DNA of 64,000 nucleotides from an uncultured Gemmatimonadales bacterium (GCA_963701965.1 OY969695.1:1600001-1664000), one strand, 5' to 3'; numbered from the stretch's first letter, positions 40,243 to 50,389 are shown. The notes: generated by a model not told the origin, from the sequence alone. Translations and numbers: made by a program.

Positions 40243-40430
40243 TCAGCGACTCCTCGCGTGGTGTCGCGAGGAAAGTAAGTCGGACGGGGAGACGGGAACG
40301 GTCCAATATGCGGCAAACTCGTAAGACCAAGACGCAATGTGTTCTCGCGCTCTTGCCCTTGCCTGCGCCGCGCGCCTCGGGGAGCGCCATGACCGTTTGG
40401 GGCCCGGAGCCTCACACGAGGGCTCCGAGC

Positions 40431-41093
40431 CTACGATGATGCGGGTCCAACGCCTCCAGTAATAGCGAGGTGAGTCACGGCTCCTGAGGAGACGTGCTCC
40501 GTGCACCGGTAGCCGAGCGCGGGCCAGTCGACGTTGGCGAAGAGGCTTTCGCCTTTGCCGAGCAATACGGGTGAGACGACCAGGTGGAGCTCATCGATCA
40601 GGCGCTCGGAGACATACTGGCGGATCGTGGAGGCCCCGCCACCGATGCGGACGTCGCGACCGTTGGCGGCGGCCCGGGCGCGATCCAGCGCCGCGTGGAT
40701 CCCGTCGGTCACGAAGTGGAACGTCGTGCCGCCGTTCATGGGGATCGACTCGCGCGGATGATGCGTCAGGACGAAGACCGGCACGTGATAGGGCGGGGTG
40801 TCGCCCCACCATCCCTTCCACGCGTCATCCCGCCATGGCCCCCGGACGGGACCGAACATGTTGCGGCCGAGAATCCAGGCGCCGACGTTCTCGAATCCGC
40901 GGGCGGCGAACTGATCGTCGACATCGGTACTGCCACCCTCGTGACCGTGCATCACACGAAACGTGCGCGTCGCCCAGGCCCAGTCGAACAACGCCTCGCC
41001 ACCGGCACCCAACGGATGGGCGAGGTCCTGATCCGGTCCCGCGCTGTAGCCGTCGATCGAGACGCCGACGCTGCGTACGAGTACTCTGGTCAT
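40431..41093 (-). CDS. Dihydrofolate reductase/RibD C-terminal family protein
   Basis: SIDGY, GRNMF, PVFVLTH, GGASTI, P.LLG.G; TATTCT-6-ATG. Confidence 0.9.
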   Translation of the reverse strand: MTRVLVRSVGVSIDGYSAGPDQDLAHPLGAGGEALFDWAWATRTFRVMHGHEGGSTDVDDQFAARGFENVGAWILGRNMFGPVRGPWRDDAWKGWWGDTPPYHVPVFVLTHHPRESIPMNGGTTFHFVTDGIHAALDRARAAANGRDVRIGGGASTIRQYVSERLIDELHLVVSPVLLGKGESLFANVDWPALGYRCTEHVSSGAVTHLAITGGVGPASS

Positions 41094-41237
41094 GCCGATA
41101 GAATAGTGGCGACGGCGTACGATGGCGCGCCGAATCGGCGGATGTCGGGGATCCTCAGGAGCACACCGACGCTGACATATCCGAGCGGGGTCAGCCCCGT
41201 GTCGGCGACCTGGACGACGGACACGCGTATTTTCGGG

Positions 41238-41931
41238 TTATGTGCGGTAGTCGGGCGACTGCCTCATGGGCAAGAGTCTACGGATGTCACGGTTCTCGAA
41301 GACCGGTCCTCGAAGCACTCCTGTTCCTCTCACGGCGGCCTGCACTATGACCAGCGCCAGGTCGTCGGCCCGAATCACATAGTTCGGGAACGCGACGCGA
41401 GCCACGGGATAGCTCGCGCGCATCAGACGGTAGGCGAGGTTCGGCTCTTTCCGCGGCTCCACTGGATAGATGTACGCGGGGCGAAACAGGTACACATTCT
41501 GGAAACCCCGTTGCCAGGAGCGCCTTCTCGGCCTCGCCCTTGTACCGCGCAAAGGCGATCCGGCTTCGACCGGTCGGATCCGCGCCCATTCCGCTCAAGA
41601 AGGCGAACGCGGCGCGTGGACTGCTGGCGAAGAGCACGCGCGCGAACTCGATCGGGAAGTCGACTGTGGTCCGGCGGAGCTCCGCGTCCGGCACGGCCCC
41701 GGTATACGTGCCGAGACAGAACACCGCCGCATCCTGTTCCGACAGGACGCCGGAGAGCGCGGCGCAGTCGGCGAAATCCTGATGGAGCACATCGGTCAGC
41801 TTGGGGTGCGCGACGCCCGTCGCCCTACGGCCGATGGCCGTCACGCGTTCGACGTCAGGGTCGTCGAGCGCGTAGCGAAGGGCGTAGCCACCGACCATTC
41901 CGGTGGCACCAACGAGCGCCAAGCGCTTCAC
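41238..41931 (-). pseudogene. NAD(P)-binding epimerase/SDR-like protein with one frameshift near 41500
   Basis: GATGMVG, CLGTYT, YKGEAE; the conserved FRPAYIYP continues in another frame. Confidence 0.75.
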
Positions 41932-41950
41932 GGGGCGCCCGCGTCCATCC

Positions 41951-42289
41951 TCAGTGGGGATAGAGCACCTGAATGCTGACGTCCGTACCGGTGATCGTAA
42001 TCGCTCCTTGAATGCCACCCTTCTTGAATCCGATCGCCGCAAATTCTCTCGGCAATGCCACCTCCTGGGCGCCGGGAAGGAGCGTGTACCCGGCCTTGGG
42101 AAGGGCCTCCATGTAGAACGTAAACAGCGCATGGCCAACCGCGTTGTGCCAGTCGCAGATCACCTCCGGCCCTTGGACGATGGGCTGACAGGCGGCCAAA
42201 TGGGGAGCGAGCGGGAAGTCGGCCGGAAGGCCGGGCCCGGTGGTCGCGACGAGCGCGAAGGTGGCGAACAGTGGGTGCAGGCGTAGCAT
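41951..42289 (-). CDS. Small hypothetical exported protein
   Basis: GGAGG RBS, signal peptide, LPADFP, FY..ALP.AGY. Confidence 0.55.
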   Translation of the reverse strand: MLRLHPLFATFALVATTGPGLPADFPLAPHLAACQPIVQGPEVICDWHNAVGHALFTFYMEALPKAGYTLLPGAQEVALPREFAAIGFKKGGIQGAITITGTDVSIQVLYPH

Positions 42290-42449
42290 CAGGGCCTCCA
42301 GAGATTGAGCCGACAGTTTCCCGTCGGCCGCGGTGGCTCGAACGGTGCGCCGGCACATTGCGGGCTTCCCGTCTGTCGACCGTCTCCTGCCCGTCGTGAG
42401 GCGGTGGAATACATTACCCGCTCCACTCTCCCTCCCGAGGAGTCCCACC

Positions 42450-42746
42450 ATGCCATCGTTCCTGATCGAACGCAACGTTCCCGGCGCTGAGGCCCTGTCC
42501 GCCGAGCAGGTTCAGGACATTGCCAAGACCTCGAACCGCGCGCTGCGCGAGCTCGGACCGGACATTCAGTGGGTGCAGAGCTACGTGACCAAGGACAAGA
42601 TCACGTGCGTCTATATCGCCGCCAATGAACAGATCATCCGTGAACATGCGCGTATCGGCGGTTTCCCGGCGGACCGCATCTCGCAGATCCAGACGGTGAT
42701 GAATCCGACGAGCGCGGAGGCGACGTCGGCCAAGACCGCGCGTTGA
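42450..42746 (+). CDS. DUF4242 family protein
   Basis: FLIER..PGA, IQW..SYVT.DK..CVY.A, HA..GGFPAD. Confidence 0.85.
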   Translation: MPSFLIERNVPGAEALSAEQVQDIAKTSNRALRELGPDIQWVQSYVTKDKITCVYIAANEQIIREHARIGGFPADRISQIQTVMNPTSAEATSAKTAR

Positions 42747-42773
42747 GTTGATCTCTTGAGTTGACCGCGGTCG

Positions 42774-45329
42774 TCAGAAGGCGGCCGACAAGCGCAACAC
42801 CCACGTGCGCGGTTGGGGCAGCTGCAAAGCTGGAGCCACCGACGCGACGGTCGCCGGCTGTTCGCCGATGCTCACGTCGGGATCGCCACCCCGATAGTTG
42901 GTCCAGAGCGCCAGGTTGCGGACCGCCAGCGTCAGGCGAACGGATTCATGGCCGGGCACGGCGGTCGTCGCCGAGAGCTCCCGCCAGCGCACGGCGGACA
43001 CGCGCTGGACATAGCCCATTGGCCATCCCGGTCCCGCCTGGACCGCCATCGCGAGCGCTTGATCGGCGAGCGACGCGCCCGGGATGTTCTGCGCCCGCGT
43101 CTCCAGCACCGCGCTTTGATAGAACCCGTTCTGATCCGGCAGCACGTAGCCGCCGCGATAGTCGAACAGCGTCGCGATGTGGAGCGATCGGTGAAGCAGA
43201 TGGATCGCGGTCGCCAGCGACGCTTCGTGCGTCGGCACCGACGATCCCACGTACACACTCGGCAACTCGGTGACTTCGTTCGCCTCGATCACCCCGTCGT
43301 GGTTGGCGTCGGCGAACGTGTACGGTGCGGCCCAGATGCCGTAGAGGGGATGGCCCGTTTCGTTCCGCAGCATGCCGCCATACCACACCTGCGTGAACGG
43401 CAGGCGCAGCGCCTTGTTCCAGTGTTCAAACGCGCTCAGCGTCGCGTCCCAGACGGGCGTCGGTCTGACGCTGGCGCTGAATTCGAGACCACGATCGCTC
43501 ACCGTGCCTTGGTCGATAAAGCGGTCGACGCCGCCAACGTTGTTGGCGACACTGACGGGCAAGAGCGCGTGCACGGTGCGCCGGGCGTACGTCGTGACGC
43601 TGACGCTGGCGACATCGTGGGGGAGCGCCGCGTCAATACCGGCTTCGAGGTCCCGCTGTCGGACGGCAGGCTTGAACTGGGTGACGGTGGTCTGGAGCGG
43701 AAGCGCCAATGCCGCGAGCTGTTGCGTGCCGATCGCCGTACTGGTCTCGCCGATGCCCCCGCGCACGCGCAGTCGGGGATCGGCCGTCGTGCCGAGGATC
43801 GCCCAACTGGCCGAGAGCGCCGGATACGCGGCGCTGCTGGAGACGCGATCGGTTTGGAGGCGATGGTGATCCCACCGGACCCGGGCGTCGAGCGACACGA
43901 CCTGGGCGATGGACAGGCCTTCGTCGAGATACGCGCTCTGCGTGAGGTCGGACAGCCGGATGGCGGAGTGACCCAGCGGCACCACGTCGACGGTATCGCT
44001 GGCGTTGGCGGCGAGATACTGGAGCCCCGCCGACGTGCGCGATTCGACTGTCAATGTGAGGCGCGCGGTCCACGTCCCGCCGGCGTCGGCGGTATACTGG
44101 GTCAGCCGCTGCTGGTCGTTGCCGATGATCGTATCGGTGCCCACTCGCGGCGCATCGACTCGACGGTCCGCGGTCGTCCGACGCACCGCGTCCGTGCCGA
44201 CGGTGGCGTGCAACGCCAATTGCGGCGACAGCCGCCACTCGCCGCGCGCGTTCCACATCAGGTGTTGCGTGTGATCGGTCGCCACCTCGCCGAAGTCGAA
44301 CTCCGGACGATTGACGGGACTGAACCACCCATCGAACAGGGTGCGGGACCCGGTGCCGAGGGCGGCGTCGCTCAGGAAGCTATCGATCGCCGCGTCGCGT
44401 TGGTGGGTGCCGCTGTACGCAGCCGTGACGACCACATCGGCGGCGCTGCTCAATCGGGAGATGAACGAACCGCGCAGCTGACCGCGATTCACGTCGGACG
44501 GATAGCGTTGGCCCGGCAGGGGCGGCGCGCCGAAGTCCTTGGCGTACAGCGCGGCGTCGGCGGACGGCATCACGAGCGTCCCCGGCTCATCGAGATACCC
44601 ACCGCTGACGGACAGCGATTGGCTACCGAACGTCGCACCAAGGCTGCCCTGGTAGCGCTGCAAGTAGGCCGTATGAAACGGCGACTCGGCGCCGCCCGCC
44701 GCGAGAGGATTGTAGTGCGTGACGCTGTCGAGCGTGCACAGTCCCGTGGTGCTCGCGTCCAACGGACACTGGGCCGTCTGATTCCCCACGTGTCCCCACG
44801 AGAAGTAGCTCTGTGGCGCGGACGCCGCCGTCGTCACAATGCCGCCCTCCACCGTGAGATCGCCGGAGAGCTTGGCGGCCCGGGTGCGCTTCGTCGTGAC
44901 GAGTATCACGCCGTTGCCCGCACCGGGACCATACAGACTGGCGGCGACCGCACCGGGCAGGACCTCGACCGAGGCAATGTCGGACGGATCAAGGTCATCG
45001 AATCGCGCCGTCGCGGGATGGTAGGACAACGGCGGGATGGCGGCACCGCTTCCGCCACTGTTGTCGACCCGAATCCCATCGACGATCAACAGCGGCCGGC
45101 TCACGTCCGCGCCACCGGCGTATCCGCGCACCACGACCACCGGGCCCGCCCCGGCGCTGCCGTCCTGGGAGAGGACCTGCACGCCCGGCACGCGCGCCGT
45201 CAGGAGCTCGGACAGCGAATGGATTGGCGCGACCGGCACGAGGGAATCCGCGCTGATCGCGCGCTGCTGTCCCCACAGGGGTGTCGCGACGAGGAGGCCG
45301 AAAACAACTATGGCGGCGGTCGTTCGCAT
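42774..45329 (-). CDS. SusC/RagA-like TonB-dependent outer-membrane receptor
   Basis: Plug PL.IVDG.R and DI.S.EVL.G..AASLYG..AGNGVI.VTTKR; NLALWTNY.G.DP; C-terminal F. Confidence 0.85.
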   Translation of the reverse strand: MRTTAAIVVFGLLVATPLWGQQRAISADSLVPVAPIHSLSELLTARVPGVQVLSQDGSAGAGPVVVVRGYAGGADVSRPLLIVDGIRVDNSGGSGAAIPPLSYHPATARFDDLDPSDIASVEVLPGAVAASLYGPGAGNGVILVTTKRTRAAKLSGDLTVEGGIVTTAASAPQSYFSWGHVGNQTAQCPLDASTTGLCTLDSVTHYNPLAAGGAESPFHTAYLQRYQGSLGATFGSQSLSVSGGYLDEPGTLVMPSADAALYAKDFGAPPLPGQRYPSDVNRGQLRGSFISRLSSAADVVVTAAYSGTHQRDAAIDSFLSDAALGTGSRTLFDGWFSPVNRPEFDFGEVATDHTQHLMWNARGEWRLSPQLALHATVGTDAVRRTTADRRVDAPRVGTDTIIGNDQQRLTQYTADAGGTWTARLTLTVESRTSAGLQYLAANASDTVDVVPLGHSAIRLSDLTQSAYLDEGLSIAQVVSLDARVRWDHHRLQTDRVSSSAAYPALSASWAILGTTADPRLRVRGGIGETSTAIGTQQLAALALPLQTTVTQFKPAVRQRDLEAGIDAALPHDVASVSVTTYARRTVHALLPVSVANNVGGVDRFIDQGTVSDRGLEFSASVRPTPVWDATLSAFEHWNKALRLPFTQVWYGGMLRNETGHPLYGIWAAPYTFADANHDGVIEANEVTELPSVYVGSSVPTHEASLATAIHLLHRSLHIATLFDYRGGYVLPDQNGFYQSAVLETRAQNIPGASLADQALAMAVQAGPGWPMGYVQRVSAVRWRELSATTAVPGHESVRLTLAVRNLALWTNYRGGDPDVSIGEQPATVASVAPALQLPQPRTWVLRLSAAF

Positions 45330-45341
45330 ACCTTTCCGACC

Positions 45342-45770
45342 ATGAAGAAGCGACGGATCAGCGCACCGGACGCACCCTCGACATCTGGCGGCTATGCCCA
45401 GGCGGTGGAGGTCACGGATGTGGCACGCACGCTCTACATCAGCGGGCAGATTCCCGTGTGGCGGCAAGGCGGCGTTCCGTCGACGTTTCGCGAGCAATGC
45501 CATCTGACGTGGAAAAACGTGGAGGCGCAGCTCCGGGCGGCCGACATGACGCTCGACAACCTGGTGAAGGTGACAACATTTCTCTCCAATCGGCAACTCG
45601 CCGGTGAAAATGGCGAGGTGCGACGGGAAGTATTGGGTGATCGATCGCCCGCGCTGACGGTGATTATCGCGGGCATCTTCGATCACGCGTGGCTCCTGGA
45701 GATCGAAGCGATCGCGGTGGCCGGACCACACGAAGGAAACTCCACCCCTCCCATAAACAAACCGACGTAA
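45342..45770 (+). CDS. RidA/YjgF family protein
   Basis: Y.QAV, LYISGQ, NLVKVT.FL, PA.T, LLEIEA.A. Confidence 0.88.
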   Translation: MKKRRISAPDAPSTSGGYAQAVEVTDVARTLYISGQIPVWRQGGVPSTFREQCHLTWKNVEAQLRAADMTLDNLVKVTTFLSNRQLAGENGEVRREVLGDRSPALTVIIAGIFDHAWLLEIEAIAVAGPHEGNSTPPINKPT

Positions 45771-45779
45771 CCAGGTCGG

Positions 45780-45971
45780 GGCGTAGGGCGAGCCATCCTG
45801 ACCAGACGTCGACCCCTGTCACCCCCTCGATATGGACGCGGCAGAGCGCGTGGGTGGCTCGTCACGCAAGTCCGTCATACACGCGGTATTCGCCGAACGC
45901 TGGAAGGATACCACGCGTCGTCGATCGTCAATGCTACCATGTGAGGACTCGGCACTAAGTCCATGTCCCGG
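45780..45971 (-). repeat. Diverged copy of the upstream region, start and 3' end of the TlpA-like gene, with the gene body missing
   Basis: 45790-45841 matches 48538-48589; 45928-45971 matches 48616-48659; 45780-45793 matches 47558-47572. Confidence 0.8.
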
Positions 45972-46076
45972 CTGCGACGCGCCCGAAACACGTCGCCCGT
46001 TTCGCCGGAGCCTTCACGCGTGCGCGCGGGAACGGATACCGAGCCTCGGGCGACGAGACCCGGTCGCGGCGTGCGC

Positions 46077-47327
46077 TCAGTGTGACGTGTTCGGCATCGC
46101 CGGCATCGCATTGAGCAGGATGTACTGCCGCTCGATGCCCGGCACGCGGTCGCCGCCGGCCGACGTCACGACGACCGGCCGTTGGACGAGAAGCTCGTCG
46201 CTCATCACCACGCCATTCCGAAATGTCGTATAGCCGACCCAATGCGACGGGCCGGGCGCCACACTCACCGGGTGTTGCACGCTGTCGGCCGAGAGCAGTG
46301 TGATCTGCGTCAGATCACCCTCGAACGGCCCCTCTCCCGTGCCTTCGCGCTCGAGCGTGACCGTGTTCGCCGCCGTATCGACGTGGAGCACGCTCACGCG
46401 TTCCGTCCCTGGCGGCCCGAGCTCCCACGCGGTCGCGATCTGGTGTGTCCACGTCATACGATCACGCAGCACGCCCGGCGCATCGCCCCACAACCTCGCA
46501 TTGTACAGCAATCCACTCCCATCCGTGAGCGACGTGCACTTCCCCGCCGAGTCGCACGACGACCGCCCACCGTCTCGAATCACCATCAGCGCGCGCCCTT
46601 CGGGCCGGCCATCGTAGCGGTACCAGCTATCGAACGCCAAGTGATCGGCGGCGGTGTCCCGCACTATATAGGATGCCGTCCCACTCACGCGCCGCACGTA
46701 CTCCAGGTATCCATCGATCTTGAACGAGATGGCGCGCGAGAAATGTTGAACAAGGTGTCGCCGAGCACGAGATGGGGCGCGAGCGGTCCCGCGCGCGCGT
46801 CGCCCGCATGCGCGTCCCCGCGACGACACAGGAGTCGATCGCCCGTCTTCCAAGCGCCCTTGTCGCGCCGCTGCCACTCCACGGTAAAGTCCGACGGGCC
46901 ACCGACCGTGTAGACGAACCGGTTCGGCGTCGGATAGCTCGCCACGTCGGTCGAGACGAGCGTCAACGACGACCCGTGCCACCCATCGCTGCTGTAGAAG
47001 CCGTAGCCGAAATTGTTGGCGTCGAACTCGCGGACCGCGCGTTTGGTGGAATCGTAGCCAATGAGGTAGCGGCCAACGTACCCCGACGGTTGGATGTCGA
47101 CCTCCGTCAGCTGGGTCCAGCGCCCACCGAGAATGGTTGACCCCTCGTAGGTCGAGTGGTGGGGCGTGCGGTTCCCTATCATACCATTGCAATCCCAGAA
47201 TGCCATCAAAGCTGAACCCCGGCGGTGCCGCAGACTGGCCCTGTGCATCGGCGGCCGCGGGGATCGTCACCGCCCGGACCGCGAGCGCGACGACCAGCGG
47301 CCGCCACCAGTTGAGGAGTCGTGTCAT
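46077..47327 (-). pseudogene. Exported two-domain hypothetical protein (DUF1579-like first domain) with two compensating frameshifts
   Basis: Signal peptide; the plausible frame WDCNG..GDTLFN lies between shifts near 47200 and 46742. Confidence 0.6.
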
Positions 47328-47401
47328 ACGGGCAGGATATCATCCCGACTGGCCCCCGTCATCCGCCGTGCAGCCAACGGGACCCTGGATGCCGCCAACG
47401 T
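47328..47401 (-). promoter_or_regulatory. LytTR-type direct repeat plus leaderless promoter
   Basis: GCAGCCAACGG (47370) and GCCGCCAACGT (47391); minus strand ATGACG-17-TATCCT-6-ATG with TGn extension. Confidence 0.7.
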
Positions 47402-47553
47402 GTCATCGGGCCCGCGTCGGCCACCTGCCGCGGCCTCGGCGCGATCGCGATGCCCGGCATCGTGCACGACGGCTAATGCTGGCGCGCCATGTCGTCATGC
47501 AAACGGCGCGAGCACCTACCCTGCTTCCCAAGCCGGCTGCCTGCAACGACGTC

Positions 47554-48544
47554 TCACGGCGTAGGGGCGAGCGCGAGCCGCACGGCTTTGTCTACCCGAC
47601 TGCCGTTCCCTTTGTCCCAGCCGACCAGGATGCGCGCGATGCGTCCCTGACCGTCAATGATCAGCGTTTCCGGGATAAAGTAGACGTGATACGCCTCTTG
47701 CAATGGGGCCATAATCTCCTTCGTCGCGCTCCTCGACGAAGTCGGAGACCGCGATCGGGCAGGTCAACCCGTGCTCGCCCGTGAAGTATTGTTTCAACTT
47801 CGCAAGCTCGGCGTCGGCCGTGAGCGCGGTGTCAGCGCGAAACTGCCCCATGAGGTTCGTGACGAGCACAAGGCGCACCTTGTCGGCACCGTACTTCTGT
47901 TGGACGGCGAGCAGGTCCGGATAGCTGAGCGAACACGCCGCGCACCACCAGGCGGAGAATACGACAATGGTCACCGGCGCCCCGTGCGAGAAATCGAGGG
48001 TCGTTCCGTCTGCCGCATTGAACCAGTGCGGGGCCGCGATGCGCGGCGGCGCTTGGCCGACCATACGATAGCGCGCGATCTCGTCCGCGAGCCCCTCGGC
48101 CACGCCCGGCACACCGGGAAGCCGGGCCGGCGCGTACGCGAGGAGCGCAAGCGCCGCCGGGGTATCGCCATGGCCGGCGATGACCTCGGCCAGATCACGG
48201 TAGGCATGTATCAGTTGGGGCGCCAGGCGGACGCGGTCGGCCGAATCGAGCTGGCCGGCGAGCGCCATAATGGCTTTGGCGTGGAGCGTGATCCCGTCTT
48301 CATCGTCGATGCCGACCCGGAGGTACTCGCCGATCATCGCATGGGCTTCGATGCGCGATGCGACGCGCACGCCCGGTACCGAGTCCAACGTCGCGATGAT
48401 GCGCTCGGCGGTCCGCCGATGCTCGGCCGGAACCGTGTGCTGGTAGATATTCGTGTGCACGGTATCGAGCAGCGCGGCCTCGTTCACCTGCGCGGCAACC
48501 GGCGACACCGTGAGTACCAGAGCGATGAGAATGCGGTGAGCCAT
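47554..48544 (-). pseudogene. Exported TlpA/thioredoxin-like protein, frameshifted near 47700-47745
   Basis: Signal peptide, FSAWWCAAC; cis-Pro segment YHVYFIPETLIIDGQGRI is in another frame ending at TGA 47554. Confidence 0.75.
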
Positions 48545-48659
48545 GTTGACCAGACGTCGAGCCATCCAACCCCCTCGATATGGACGCGGTCAATGCTATC
48601 ATATGTCGCCAGTCATCACTGCTACCATGTGACGACTCGCCACTAAGTCCATTTCCGGG
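48538..48659 (-). repeat. Upstream region duplicated at 45790-45971
   Basis: Shared TGACCAGACGTCGA, ACCCCCTCGATATGGACGCGG, TGCTACCATGTGA and CACTAAGTCCAT blocks. Confidence 0.8.
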
Positions 48660-48832
48660 ACGCGGTGAGTAGTCGTACCAGGTGTGGGGGCATACAAAAG
48701 CATTCCCGAGCGAGCGCCTCATCCATCAATCGACCGTATCCTGCAGCAAGAAGTGCCCGGTCACTGCAGCAACGGAACGACTGGCGGCAACGTGCTTGCC
48801 CGACTCATATCGCGGCGCGCACGTTGTCTGTC

Positions 48833-49258
48833 ATGACTCTCATTTCTCTCACGCTCGCACTCCTCGCGGCGCCCCCGTCCTGTTCCGGGCACATGCTGCC
48901 ACACCAACGTCCGGACGCCGCCTCCGTCAGACAAGCGGATAGTGCGTGGGACGTCGCGTACGCACACGGTGACACCACGTTTCTCCGCTGTTTGCTGACA
49001 CCGGATTATCGCGGGTATACGCTGGACGGCGTCGAGTCCGACCGCGCCGTCGAAGTGGGTAGGGCCGGACGCTCAGGGAGTCCGGACAAGGCCGTGCCAC
49101 CTTATCCGAAGAACGCGACGGTCGTAGTCCACGGCACATCAGCCTGGGTCGGCGGCCTCACGACCAGGAAGCGGTGGATGGATATCTATCACTACGAGGA
49201 TGGCGCCTGGCACGCATTTCTTTCGATCGACGTCAAACTGCCGCCGCCAGCCCCCTGA
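48833..49258 (+). CDS. Exported NTF2-like (DUF4440) protein
   Basis: W..AY..GDT.FL..LL..DY; HG.SA.V; D.Y.YEDG.W. Confidence 0.7.
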   Translation: MTLISLTLALLAAPPSCSGHMLPHQRPDAASVRQADSAWDVAYAHGDTTFLRCLLTPDYRGYTLDGVESDRAVEVGRAGRSGSPDKAVPPYPKNATVVVHGTSAWVGGLTTRKRWMDIYHYEDGAWHAFLSIDVKLPPPAP

Positions 49259-49318
49259 CCGTGTTCCAGTCCCGACCCGTCCCTCTGCCACGCCTGGGAC
49301 CGCGCAGGCGGCCGGCCA

Positions 49319-50389
49319 CTACCGCCCGCTGGACGCATCGACGCGCCCTTTGGCGGGCGGCCCGTTCTCCGGCAGAAACACGTTCGCCTTGAGCGCCTGG
49401 GCTACTGCTTGAATCACGAGCTTGGCGCGCACGCTGTTCCCCGCTGCATCCAGGCGTGGGGAGAATACCCCGATGCCGAAGCGCCCCGGCGAGACGGCCA
49501 AGATGCCGCCACCCACGCCACTCTTCGCCGGCAACCCAACGTTGTAGAGCCACTGGCCCGAGTCATCGTAGAGTCCAGCCGTCGACATCACCGCCAGCAC
49601 GCGCGGCACGTAATCGGCGCGGACGACCTGCTTCTTGGTGACCGGATTCACTCCGGCGTTGGCCAGCGTGGCCGCGATGGTGGCGATGTCCTTGGCCGAC
49701 ACGTTAATCGCGCACTGCCGGGTGTAGACGTCCGTCGCCTCGACGGGGTTCGAGTACATCCGATCGTACGCGAACATGAGCTGGGCCATTGCGCGATTCC
49801 GTTGGTTGGTGGCCGCCTCCGACTTGTACACCGGGTCGTTGACCGCCAGCGTCCGGCCCGCGAACGCCTCGTGCGCGGCGAGAATCTTCTTCCACCGGTC
49901 AGCCGCCGAGGCGCCTTCGACCATGCTCACGGCGGCAATGGCGCCGGCGTTCACCAGGGGATTCATCTCCTTCCCCTTCTGCAGCTCGAGGGCGATGATG
50001 GAGTTGAAGCGCAATCCCGTCGCATCGACCCCGAGCTTCTCTCGGACCGTGTCGGGTCCGACTTCGCTCATCACCTCGGCCATCGTCACGACTTTGGACA
50101 TGGACTGGATCGAAAACAGCGAGTCGACGTCGCCGATCGTATGGACTTTCCCGTCCATCGTGACGACGGCGATCCCGAAGAGCTTCGGGTTCACCTTGCC
50201 GAGCTCGGGGATGTAGTCGGCTACGGCGCCGCTATCGACTCCTTGATATTTCGTGTAGGCCGCCTTGATCAACGAATCGATTTGCGTCGATGATTGCGCC
50301 AGCATTGCCAATGGTCCGCACAGCGCGATGGCCGCGATCACGCCCGCGAGCGCTGGAGCGCGAATTCTCTGTCTCGTCGTATACCTCAT
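49319..50389 (-). CDS. glsA: Glutaminase with N-terminal signal peptide
   Basis: ADYIPEL, FSIQSMSK (SxxK), NPLVNAGAI, GLYDDSG, PAKSGVGGG, GNSVR; ATGA overlap with the porin gene. Confidence 0.93.
   Translation of the reverse strand: MRYTTRQRIRAPALAGVIAAIALCGPLAMLAQSSTQIDSLIKAAYTKYQGVDSGAVADYIPELGKVNPKLFGIAVVTMDGKVHTIGDVDSLFSIQSMSKVVTMAEVMSEVGPDTVREKLGVDATGLRFNSIIALELQKGKEMNPLVNAGAIAAVSMVEGASAADRWKKILAAHEAFAGRTLAVNDPVYKSEAATNQRNRAMAQLMFAYDRMYSNPVEATDVYTRQCAINVSAKDIATIAATLANAGVNPVTKKQVVRADYVPRVLAVMSTAGLYDDSGQWLYNVGLPAKSGVGGGILAVSPGRFGIGVFSPRLDAAGNSVRAKLVIQAVAQALKANVFLPENGPPAKGRVDASSGR

Noticed and set aside
42813..45770. 985-aa plus-strand ORF as a giant RidA fusion
   Set aside because: Only the last 142 codons are RidA; the rest is antisense to the TonB-dependent receptor
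46077..47327. Programmed ribosomal frameshifting or phase variation explaining the frameshifts
   Set aside because: No slippery heptamer or long simple repeat at the shift sites; error or decay is simpler
45780..48659. CRISPR array, integron attC sites or a known riboswitch
   Set aside because: Only two dispersed copies, no regular spacers, no cas or intI gene, no attC core sites, and no riboswitch consensus I recognise
48741..48793. Three GC(A/G)GCAA repeats as another LytTR site
   Set aside because: Spacings of 23 and 18 bp and a shorter core do not fit the 21-bp period
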